This document shows, piece after piece, positions 38,363-46,805 of a DNA stretch of 51,419 nucleotides (the first letter of the stretch is position 1; each line of letters opens with the position of its first letter). The notes below the pieces were generated by a model, which ran no database searches, was not told where the DNA came from, and saw only the letters and a program-made list of their open reading frames with translations. The position numbers and the translations under genes were made by a program. This DNA is from Chromatiaceae bacterium (GTDB lineage Bacteria > Pseudomonadota > Gammaproteobacteria > SZUA-140), in assembly GCA_003232725.1 (NCBI GenBank), contig QIJH01000085.1, forward strand, positions 1 through 51,419, given 5' to 3'.

Positions 38363-38938
38363 TCAGTGTCGCGCTGAAGTGTCGTATTTATGACGCGCCG
38401 CAATAGCACTAGCCACCAACCTGTTACGAAACTGGCGATCGATTACCCCCTTCTCCAATGATTTCAGCGTATCAGCTACACAAACACCCGTACTGTCGTG
38501 ACCGGTCGCCGCAATACCGCTAAAAGACGTCACATCAACAAACCGTAGCTGACCTGTTTCGCTAAGTTGATTTGCATACAGAGCATTGGATGCCTGCGGG
38601 GCCGCTGAACCAAAGCGCTCTAGATTACCGTTGTTAACATAGACATCCAAATCCCCATCATTATCAAAATCCAACACAGCAACTCCGGGAGTGCTAAACA
38701 TTGGCGGCAAACGCACAGGCACTGCTCTGACCACTGATTCGGAAAAAATATCAAAAGCATTCAACAGGGTATCGTTCCTTAAACCCGCGTAACGGAAGTT
38801 GAGTCCGTTTTCCGGCATCTTAGCGATATCGGTATAGCTTATCACCGCTGGCGATTTCGGCGAGGCGTGGGCGTGCAATACAGATACCATTGGAAAAAAG
38901 ATATTAATGCAACACAACCCCAGCTGGCGGGGAACCAT
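38363..38938 (-). pseudogene. Internally deleted paralog of the CRTAC1/FG-GAP protein
   Basis: Residues 40-150 align with the N-terminus of ORF 28046..30082 (VRLPPMF, DGDLDVYVNN, LYANQLSETGQLRF, DSTGVCVAD). After one FG-GAP repeat the ORF jumps to a tail resembling that protein's last 35 aa (SLEKGV..SAIAARH vs SLRKLV..SAIRARR). Confidence 0.6.
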
Positions 38939-39446
38939 AACAATACGTTGCCACTTGCTTCTCTATCTTACCACTTATTGATGCTCAACATTACGCTTCC
39001 TGGCCCATTAGTTCATTGATTTCTTCTTCCTTAAAGGTCATTACACCTTATTGGCACCCAGCTATTTGTGCGTTATTAAGTTAATTATTAGGCGTGCTAT
39101 CCCAATTTTGGCCTCTTTCCTAGCCACAAACAATCTAGGTAATTATATCTCTCATAACCAAGTTGAGTCACTGTACGACTGGCCACATTTTAATACGCAA
39201 TTTGCGAGCCCATATGTATACCCAAAGCGATTTGGATTCAGGGCAAATAGCACGGCCGATTTCTCCCCTGACTGCGTTAGAATTCCTCTCAATAGAACGA
39301 CTATTCATCGTCATTCTGCCTTGCCATGGAAAAAATATTCCGCATTCTTTACACCTAAGTCCAAGTCGCTTTGGGTATATACATCGCTATCATTAAATTT
39401 GTAGAATGGCTATTGCATTTGAACCGAAGGTTTTATATTACATAAT

Positions 39447-39584
39447 GAGATCTTTGCACGAGAACTCGTTTTCGTTCCAGCAAGACATCAATGGTCGAAA
39501 AAATGGAATTTACACCAAGTAAATGAGTATTTGAGATCATTTATAACGCAGTTGGAACGGAAAATAGACTCGTGCAAAGGTCTC
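39447..39584. mobile_element. MITE-B copy 2 (138 bp, 5-bp TSD)
   Basis: The TIRs are gagatctttgcacgag / ctcgtgcaaaggtctc. The element is flanked by the direct repeat ATAAT (39442..39446 and 39585..39589). It ends 16 nt before the GNAT start codon, just upstream of its AAGGAG Shine-Dalgarno sequence. Confidence 0.85.
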
Positions 39585-39600
39585 ATAATAAGGAGATTAC

Positions 39601-40044
39601 ATGGACATTTTGCCGTATAACAGCAATCGAGATCTTGATCTTTATATCGCGGGAGAACTGCAATCCATCAAAAATTCAAAGCCCAACATAATAATACCTG
39701 ACTATATCATAGAAGGGATCAAGCAAAATTATCAGACCATGATAAACAGCGACGCTTTATCGGGCTTTACCGCCGTAGACAATCAACCATTCGGGTTCAT
39801 CGTTGTTTCCAGGGAAGAGGGCATAGACCAATCCTACGGCCTGATCAGGAACCTATATATCAGGCCAGAAAATAGAGGCGCACGGGCATGGAAAGCACTT
39901 GTACAGCGTGTTGAAACTCACTTCAAAGACCTGGGGTTGAATAGAATTGGCTTAGAAATATATAAGTCCAATGAATCAGTATGCAACCTAGCCCGCCTTT
40001 CCGGATATTCCATGGAGCGCTACTATATGGAAAAGGCTATTTGA
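39601..40044 (+). CDS. GNAT family N-acetyltransferase
   Basis: The 147-aa ORF has an acetyl-CoA motif A region (LYIRPENRGARAWKALVQRVE). A strong AAGGAG Shine-Dalgarno sequence precedes it. Confidence 0.8.
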   Translation: MDILPYNSNRDLDLYIAGELQSIKNSKPNIIIPDYIIEGIKQNYQTMINSDALSGFTAVDNQPFGFIVVSREEGIDQSYGLIRNLYIRPENRGARAWKALVQRVETHFKDLGLNRIGLEIYKSNESVCNLARLSGYSMERYYMEKAI

Positions 40045-40063
40045 CATTTATACAATATTTTAT

Positions 40064-42259
40064 TTATAAGGCTAAAGTAGAGGCCTGCTCTGGATGAAGC
40101 GCCTGCTCAGCCTTTCCACTAAGGCTAATAGCGAAGGCATAACTGATAGACATATTTTTCAACTGTGAAAAACGACCTGCTGGCCCGCTATGGCCTGAGT
40201 TCATATCTGTGCTTAGCAGCACCACACTGTGGTTAGTCTGACAGTGCCTCAACCGAGCAACCCATTTCGCCGCCTCCCAGTAACCTACCCGGCTATCGGT
40301 AAGGCCACACAGGGCAAGCACATGGGGATAGTCCTGCTCCTCAAGATTATCATAAGGTGAATACATGGCAATTTGATTATAGATGGCGGGATCTATCAAT
40401 GGATTTCCCAGCTCGGCCCAATCAGATGGTGTCAACGGCAGGTCTTTATCTAGCAACGAATTTAATACATCCACAAAAGGAACCCCGGCAATAATTGCAT
40501 TAAATAATCCTGGAGCAATATTGGCAGCAGCAGCTACCAAGGTACCACCCGCACTAACACCATGAGCGGTAATATTACCTCTAGAGGTGTACTTGTGTTT
40601 CACTAGATACTCTGCCGAAGCGATAAAATCAGAAAAACTGTTCATTTTATTATTCAACTTTCCTTCACTATACCAGTGACATCCCAACTCACGGCCACCA
40701 CGTACATGGGCAATAACATAAACAAACCCTCTATCGACCAAGCTAAAAAGTTCCGGTGAAAAAACCGGCACAACGCTATAACCATACGCACCATAGCCAT
40801 GCAAAAAAGTGGGGGCCGATCCGTCTAACAATGTCTCACTATGATAAAGCAATGAAAGAGGTATGCGTCTACCATCAGGCGTCGTGGCAAACAAACGCCG
40901 GGAAACATAGTTCTCAGCTCTATATTCCGCATAGACTTTCTGTTTCTTAATAAGCCGACAGCTGCAGTTACTAAGATCGTATTCAAGCAAACACCCAGGC
41001 GTACGCAGAGAACTGTAATACATCATTAGATTATCGGTATCATATTCGTAACCACCGACAATATCTAAATCATAGGCTTCATCCTCCATACCCGCCACAG
41101 GCAGTTCGTACTCATGGCTGTCATCAAGATTATAGATAATAATTCGTTTCAGACCACTGCGGGATTCAACCCGAGCATGATAATGCTTCAATGCCACATG
41201 TTTTAATATGTGACACCCTGGCCGATGAGGAACCATGGATTCCCAATAGGCACTACCCGGCTTGGTAACTGGAGCAATGACAATACGAAAATCCCCGGCA
41301 TCCCCAGCATTTGTGAGAATCATAAAATAACCCGGGCCAGGATGAGCGCTGTGTTCAATTTTATACTGAATCCCCGTACAACGTGGCTCTACAATAAATG
41401 ATTCAGCTTGGCAGTTAGAAAGATCAATCAGATGCAATTCATTGGCCCCATGAGCATAAGCACTGATAACTGCATAATAACCACTCTGCGTGCTCTGGAG
41501 TCCTACATAATAGGCCGGATCGTTCTCTTGATAAATCAAACGATCATCTTGCTGATCTTCACCTAACGTATGCGCATAAACTTTGGATGGTCTATCGTAT
41601 TCATCTCTGGCAACATAATAAATTACGTGACTATTCCGACTCCATACAACCTTTCCTGACGTATTATGGAGAATATCGGGCAGATCCTCCCTATGTTCCA
41701 TATCCCTAAATGATACAGAGAAACTCTCCGAACCACTACTATCCCAAGACCAGGCGAAATACCGATGATTAGGGCTATGCTGCCGGCAGGCAATCACAAT
41801 TCGTCGTCCCACCCTAGACAAAGCTGCATCGTCTAATATAATCTCCTCTGCCTGACTACCATCACGTGGGCGGCGGCAATAATATGGATAATCTAAGGTG
41901 GAGAGATAACGCTCATAATAAAGATAAGGGCCATCGGGAATTTCGATGCCAGTTTGATCGTGAAGCATTCGCGCATTGAATTCACCATTGAGGGTTTCGA
42001 TAAGAGGATCTATAGGCTGCAATACCTCACGGGTATAACTATTCTCTGTTTCCAGGTGACCCGCAATGTGAGGAGCCAAACAATCAGGGGATGACAATAT
42101 GCTGCGCCAGTTAGGATCTCGCATCCAGCTATAAGGATCAGTTCTTTTTTTTCCATGAATAGTATGTTCCTCTATCACACTTTCAGCGACAGGGGCCGGC
42201 ATTTCCAATACACGTGTCATTAAAGGACTAATACAGGTATTTAATTGTTTAAATAACAT
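40064..42259 (-). CDS. ptrB: S9A serine peptidase, oligopeptidase B (protease II)-like
   Basis: The ORF has an N-terminal beta-propeller and a C-terminal catalytic domain. The nucleophile is GVSAGG, followed by ..VPFVDV..SPYDN..GLTDSRVGYWEAAKWVARLR..TDMNSGHSG... It is colinear with E. coli PtrB (GGSAGG, MDSGHGG). It lies 23 nt downstream of the ABC gene on the same strand. Confidence 0.88.
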   Translation of the reverse strand: MLFKQLNTCISPLMTRVLEMPAPVAESVIEEHTIHGKKRTDPYSWMRDPNWRSILSSPDCLAPHIAGHLETENSYTREVLQPIDPLIETLNGEFNARMLHDQTGIEIPDGPYLYYERYLSTLDYPYYCRRPRDGSQAEEIILDDAALSRVGRRIVIACRQHSPNHRYFAWSWDSSGSESFSVSFRDMEHREDLPDILHNTSGKVVWSRNSHVIYYVARDEYDRPSKVYAHTLGEDQQDDRLIYQENDPAYYVGLQSTQSGYYAVISAYAHGANELHLIDLSNCQAESFIVEPRCTGIQYKIEHSAHPGPGYFMILTNAGDAGDFRIVIAPVTKPGSAYWESMVPHRPGCHILKHVALKHYHARVESRSGLKRIIIYNLDDSHEYELPVAGMEDEAYDLDIVGGYEYDTDNLMMYYSSLRTPGCLLEYDLSNCSCRLIKKQKVYAEYRAENYVSRRLFATTPDGRRIPLSLLYHSETLLDGSAPTFLHGYGAYGYSVVPVFSPELFSLVDRGFVYVIAHVRGGRELGCHWYSEGKLNNKMNSFSDFIASAEYLVKHKYTSRGNITAHGVSAGGTLVAAAANIAPGLFNAIIAGVPFVDVLNSLLDKDLPLTPSDWAELGNPLIDPAIYNQIAMYSPYDNLEEQDYPHVLALCGLTDSRVGYWEAAKWVARLRHCQTNHSVVLLSTDMNSGHSGPAGRFSQLKNMSISYAFAISLSGKAEQALHPEQASTLAL

Positions 42260-42282
42260 GCCTCAACACCTAATCCACAAAA

Positions 42283-43689
42283 TCATAGTTTGTGCCTAAC
42301 TTCAACGACCATTTTCCCACTCATTACTAGCTCATCAAGTTTTCGCGATACACTTATGACCTTATTACTATCAAGGTTCGCATCCCATTCATCTAGCAAA
42401 AATATATCAATGCCTTTTTGCTTAGAAATTTCATCGATAATTTGGATAACTTGCTCACCTGTGGAGCCATCTTTCTGGTTTAGAAAGAACAGATTATGCA
42501 TTGCCGGCAAATAAAAGCTCCTTTCCCCAAAATATTCTTTCATAGAAAGCAATAGACTGGTCTTGCCCGTACCATTATCTGCCTGTATGGTTACCCGCCC
42601 TTTTTCAGAAAGAGATTTACACCATTGATCGGTACTTTGCGACGCATTGATAGAGGGTGCACCGGCAACCGTAATTTCTTGAAATTTTATACGCTTATCC
42701 AGATCATCCATTTTGGTCTCATTGAAAAACTGGTCTACCAAAACGAGAGTACCTTTAACAAAGTTATACTGGGCGATGATAGTCATCATTGCCGTCATAG
42801 AATTTATCACTTGAACAATTTTCGGTAGAGCCACCAGCAAAACAATAAACGACTCACTAGCAACTCCATAATACTGAATCAGGAAAATAACAATTAAAAT
42901 AGTGGGGATAAATGCAGCAAACGAAAGAACTAGCTGAACAGCACACCTTGCTGTGGTTGACCTAACTTTAGCGGTGCGATAGTGCTTGAAAAAATTAACT
43001 TTATTGCTTCCCCAGGCATCTTTATTTAGTGTGTTTCCGATAACCAAATTATCCCAGACTGAGGAAAGGGCACCAGTCAAAGTAAGCAGTTTTCTCTCCG
43101 AAGTATAGGCCGTGACTTTCAAAAGTTTTCCGTATTTGAATATTATCAATGCGCATAAAACCACACTAATAAGATAAGAAACAATTATAAGCTCATCAAC
43201 CACAAATGCCATTATCAATATAGTTGTCACGGACATCAACATTGCGGAGAGAAGCTGATAGATGTACTCAGGATAGCTAGCCACAATCATTGGCCCAACC
43301 TTACTGTACATACTCGTCATTTTTTCTTTCTTTCTACCATCTGGGAACATAGCAACTTTACTGGACAAAACCGCCTGCCCTTCGATCGTAAATTGTTCTA
43401 TAGATTTTATCTTCCACTTTTCGAGAAAAATAGAGCTATACATTCCAAAAACATGGCCGCCGAGTATAAGCAAAAAATAGCTATACAAATTTGATATGAA
43501 AAAAGATCCGCTACTGACTGAACGTGCGAGCTCGGCAAGAAAATAGATTGATGAAGCCGTTAGGAAATATTGAATGAAAATAAGAAATATTGTAATAGTT
43601 CTCTCACTACATCGAAAGATTCGTTGTCTAATCAGTGGATCAGTCATAATCAACCTAAAATATAAACTAAAGAGGGCATCTGCACTCAC
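42283..43689 (-). CDS. Fused permease-ATPase ABC exporter with an unusually compact NBD
   Basis: About 330 aa with about six TM helices are followed by about 130 aa carrying Walker A-like DNGTGKTS, a signature-like STGEQ, Walker B IFLLDEWD and a terminal His (VRHKL). There is no N-terminal C39 peptidase domain. The start may be the internal MTDPLI... Confidence 0.75.
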   Translation of the reverse strand: MSADALFSLYFRLIMTDPLIRQRIFRCSERTITIFLIFIQYFLTASSIYFLAELARSVSSGSFFISNLYSYFLLILGGHVFGMYSSIFLEKWKIKSIEQFTIEGQAVLSSKVAMFPDGRKKEKMTSMYSKVGPMIVASYPEYIYQLLSAMLMSVTTILIMAFVVDELIIVSYLISVVLCALIIFKYGKLLKVTAYTSERKLLTLTGALSSVWDNLVIGNTLNKDAWGSNKVNFFKHYRTAKVRSTTARCAVQLVLSFAAFIPTILIVIFLIQYYGVASESFIVLLVALPKIVQVINSMTAMMTIIAQYNFVKGTLVLVDQFFNETKMDDLDKRIKFQEITVAGAPSINASQSTDQWCKSLSEKGRVTIQADNGTGKTSLLLSMKEYFGERSFYLPAMHNLFFLNQKDGSTGEQVIQIIDEISKQKGIDIFLLDEWDANLDSNKVISVSRKLDELVMSGKMVVEVRHKL

Positions 43690-43767
43690 TGCGCACAGAC
43701 ACCCCCGCTTCCGACCTACCTAAACCAGGCATTAAACCCTAGTTTTCGGTAAAAAAGGATTTAGGAT

Positions 43768-43947
43768 TTAGAATCTAAAAGTCCAAGTCCATTTGCCACT
43801 CTGTTCTTCACTGTGCATACCACCTGCAGCATTGGCAGCCAGTTCACGGCCTGCCTTAGCTATAGATTGGTCTTGGTTTTCAGTGTAAGCAACAAATTTT
43901 TCAGCGACATCAGCCAAGTTAGCACAAGAAATTTCAGTAGTCTTCAT
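43768..43947 (-). CDS. RiPP precursor peptide candidate (59 aa), C-terminal core ..GG-MHSEEQSGK-WTWTFRF
   Basis: I translated this by hand: MKTTEISCANLADVAEKFVAYTENQDQSIAKAGRELAANAAGGMHSEEQSGKWTWTFRF*. An AGGAGG Shine-Dalgarno sequence lies 7 nt upstream of the ATG. The ORF sits between the radical SAM gene (70-nt gap) and the ABC gene (78-nt gap) on the same strand. It is absent from the ORF track only because it is under 60 aa. Confidence 0.8.
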   Translation of the reverse strand: MKTTEISCANLADVAEKFVAYTENQDQSIAKAGRELAANAAGGMHSEEQSGKWTWTFRF

Positions 43948-44017
43948 AATATTTCCTCCTAAGGAAAAGTTAACAAATATACTTCATGGTAAAGTTAAAA
44001 AACCATCCACTATCATC

Positions 44018-45433
44018 TCAAGACACCCCAACCTGTGGCTTTTCTTCACGACTCCGTGAAGAGCTGTACTGCTGGGGAAAACCTAATTTTCCGTCGATGT
44101 GCTTCAACAAGGATGACAAACCACAACACGACCCTTGGTAATCTTTCGAAAACCTTTTGTTTAACAGCTGGTCGTGAATACAACCCCCTTTGCAGACTGA
44201 GAAATACTCACAGCACCCCATTTTATCAGGCACCTTTTTCATCTCTCTGCGAAAATCACTAAGATTCTTTGATTCACTTAATATATCGCCCAGGTGGGAC
44301 TCCATAACATTGCCAAAAATATAGCTAGGATGGCCTATGTATTTATCGCAAGCGCCGATATCTCCGTTTGCCTCCAAGGTGACATACTTACCCATGCAGT
44401 CACCTTCAAACAGGCAGTTAAGATCATTTTGCTGGCCTTTCAGACGATCAATCAAGTTCTGCATTCCGGTGACCTTGAATTTATCTCTATGCGGCCACCA
44501 CTCATCACACACCTCAATCAAAAATTCGACAAACTCTGGATAAGGAAGATATTTCCCAATAACCTTAGTAGAGCCTATATTATTTTCAGGAAGCACATTC
44601 AGCAGGTCTATGCCGTGCAACCCCGACTCCAGCATATATTCAACCAACCGTTTTGCACCGAGATTTTTGACTTCTTTATCAACAACCACCAACGCACCAG
44701 TCTTTATGCCGGCATCACCCAATTTTTTTATCCCCGCTAAAACTCTTTCGGAAGTAGCTTTCCCCTCTACATCAACTCTACGCGTGTCATTGATTTCAGG
44801 CGGGCCATCCAGACTAACGCCGACACCAATTTTGTACGCCTTAATAAACTCAACCCACTCATCAGACAAATCAACGGCATTAGTCTGTATGCCATTTTCA
44901 ACCTGCTGCCCCACAGATCTGAAGTGTTCTTGCATCCACATCATTTTTATAAAAAACTTTGGATTTAAAAGTGTAACCTCTCCCCCATGCCATACAATAT
45001 GAATTTTTTTTGCATTTGGTAAGGAAATAATTTCCTTCATCGCCCTTGCCAATATTTTAAAAGACATAACCTGGTTAGGCCCCTCGGCCCACGAACGGCA
45101 GTATGTACAACGCAGATTACATAACCTAGTCGCTTTAACAATAACAATAAGAGAACTAGACAGGGCCTTGGCGGACGAAGTGGGCTCTTGACAGACAGCC
45201 TCAAAGATTACCTTCTCTCTAGGGCTTAAAATACTATCTACTGGCATCACCCCAAGTTGTTTTATCACATCCGTTTCACCTTCGCTAATCTTCAGCAAAG
45301 CAGAAAACTTAATTTTTTCATCTTCAGATAGTGACTCTTTGAAGTCACCAATAACTTTCTCCCAACGTGAAGGATATTTTCCTGAAGCAATTTCTTTAAT
45401 AGGGATTTTTTTAAGCAAAGAGTCATTATCCAT
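44018..45433 (-). CDS. Radical SAM enzyme with a SPASM-type C-terminal auxiliary-cluster domain (RiPP maturase candidate)
   Basis: The ORF has CNLRCTYC (CX3CX2C) at about residue 106 and the GGE motif WHGGEVTL. The C-terminal Cys clusters are NCLFEGDC..GACDKY, CCEYFSVCKGGCIHD and SCCG. An N-terminal extension of about 100 aa precedes the SAM cluster. Confidence 0.88.
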   Translation of the reverse strand: MDNDSLLKKIPIKEIASGKYPSRWEKVIGDFKESLSEDEKIKFSALLKISEGETDVIKQLGVMPVDSILSPREKVIFEAVCQEPTSSAKALSSSLIVIVKATRLCNLRCTYCRSWAEGPNQVMSFKILARAMKEIISLPNAKKIHIVWHGGEVTLLNPKFFIKMMWMQEHFRSVGQQVENGIQTNAVDLSDEWVEFIKAYKIGVGVSLDGPPEINDTRRVDVEGKATSERVLAGIKKLGDAGIKTGALVVVDKEVKNLGAKRLVEYMLESGLHGIDLLNVLPENNIGSTKVIGKYLPYPEFVEFLIEVCDEWWPHRDKFKVTGMQNLIDRLKGQQNDLNCLFEGDCMGKYVTLEANGDIGACDKYIGHPSYIFGNVMESHLGDILSESKNLSDFRREMKKVPDKMGCCEYFSVCKGGCIHDQLLNKRFSKDYQGSCCGLSSLLKHIDGKLGFPQQYSSSRSREEKPQVGVS

Positions 45434-46397
45434 AATGAATATCCTATTTATCGTCCCTTACTGTCAATAATGCCGTTGTTGATTTAGCTAGGAATTCTAG
45501 AGCCTAACTTCTCTTTGTTCAACTGTCCTTTCGTACAGAAATTAATATTTTCTATATGTAAGAAAGCCCCATCTATATGACAAACATACAGACACAAAAA
45601 ACAAACACATTTTTTAAAGAAAATTTTTTAATAGATATTGAATATCATTCAAATATAAGACTACTCACACAGTAACAAATTTTTATCAGTGCCTGGCAAT
45701 ACTATTGTTTGGCGAGCGGCACAAAAAAACACGCCGACAATACTTCGTTTTGTCAGTAAATTTAAAAATAATCACACCGCGTTATAATGATCGTGTCTTC
45801 TTTTCCAATGAGAAAGGCATCATTCGTAAGCTCAACAAATCCCATCTAACAATCACATAGTAATATCGCTATCATTTTGATTTCAACATCATCAAGGCGG
45901 GTTACATAACTTCGAATTAAAAAAAATAGTTCTGGCAACAGCACATTCATGAGTAAAATAAAAACAAACTTCCACAAAGAAATCATTGCTAACAATATAA
46001 TATCTTCTTTGCCAATGTTGGTTGTTAGCGAATGCGTTTGAATCGCTTGGACAATTCTGTGACGAAGCCAATACCAAAGCTGGTACCAGTTTTAACGCGC
46101 ACTACGATGGTGATACAGATGACGCTATCGATGAGCATACTCAGCGATTTTCAAGGGAGTTGTCGCCTAAAATTTAAATTTATGCGGCCTTGTTCTCTTT
46201 GCTTTCTGAGTTAACTTTCTCCGGGATTAGATGAATGTTGGTTATTCGGTTCCAGTCTCTGGTTTAACCCGACCAACAGCTGGGATTTTTTGGTTTTTCA
46301 TGTTCATCAACACGTTTCCGTTTGGCCACCCCAGCGATGAGCAAAAACGAGTCGTGCCAACTACACCTCCTGGGCCATATCCATAACAGTTACCGAA

Positions 46398-46742
46398 TTA
46401 CCCTGGAGGCCATTGCATACCTCGCCCTGCCAGCATATGAAGATGAATATGATAGACCGTCTGGCCACCATCATGGTTACAGTTCATCACCGTACGGTAA
46501 CCACCCTCTGCAACCCCTTCCTGTTTAGCAATCGCTTTCACTGCCAGATACATCTGTCCCAACAATGTCGCATGCCGCTCCTCAAGATCATTCAGTGTTG
46601 CTATATGTTCCTTTGGAATCACCAGCACATGATGCGGTGCCTGCGGACTAATGTCACGAAAGGCCAGCACATCATCATCTTCGTACACCTTATCTGGTGC
46701 AATTTCTCCGCTTATTATTTTGCAAAATAGACATTCACTCAT
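46398..46742 (-). CDS. HIT-family (histidine triad) nucleotide-binding protein
   Basis: The 114-aa ORF reads CLFCKII.GEIP..V.EDD..LAFRDI.PQAP.H.LVIPK and carries the triad HIHLHML. Confidence 0.9.
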   Translation of the reverse strand: MSECLFCKIISGEIAPDKVYEDDDVLAFRDISPQAPHHVLVIPKEHIATLNDLEERHATLLGQMYLAVKAIAKQEGVAEGGYRTVMNCNHDGGQTVYHIHLHMLAGRGMQWPPG

Positions 46743-46805
46743 TACTCACTCCTTCAAGGGAATTCATTCATGCTATGATTACAACACCAACTACATAACA
46801 ACATC

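Noticed and set aside
39051-39404. The 117-aa ORF, the overlapping 77-aa ORF, and an antisense CxxC-containing frame in the gap between the FG-GAP remnant and MITE-B.
   Set aside because: There is no ribosome-binding site and no recognisable motif. The candidate frames overlap one another. The region looks like decayed non-coding DNA.
43810-43830. The AAGG motif in the precursor read as a classical double-glycine leader cut by a C39 peptidase-ABC transporter.
   Set aside because: The adjacent ABC protein has no N-terminal C39 peptidase domain. A Gly-Gly cut would also leave a 16-mer (MHSEEQSGKWTWTFRF) rather than the darobactin-sized core. I kept this only as an alternative processing site.
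46001-46177. A plus-strand frame reading ..NAFESLGQFCDEANTKAGTSFNAHYDGDTDDAIDEHTQRFSRELSPKI*, considered as a possible second leader-like peptide upstream of the rSAM gene.
   Set aside because: It is on the opposite strand to the operon. It has no ATG or Shine-Dalgarno sequence, since the frame opens right after a TAA. It has no aromatic C-terminal core. The resemblance to the leader is superficial.
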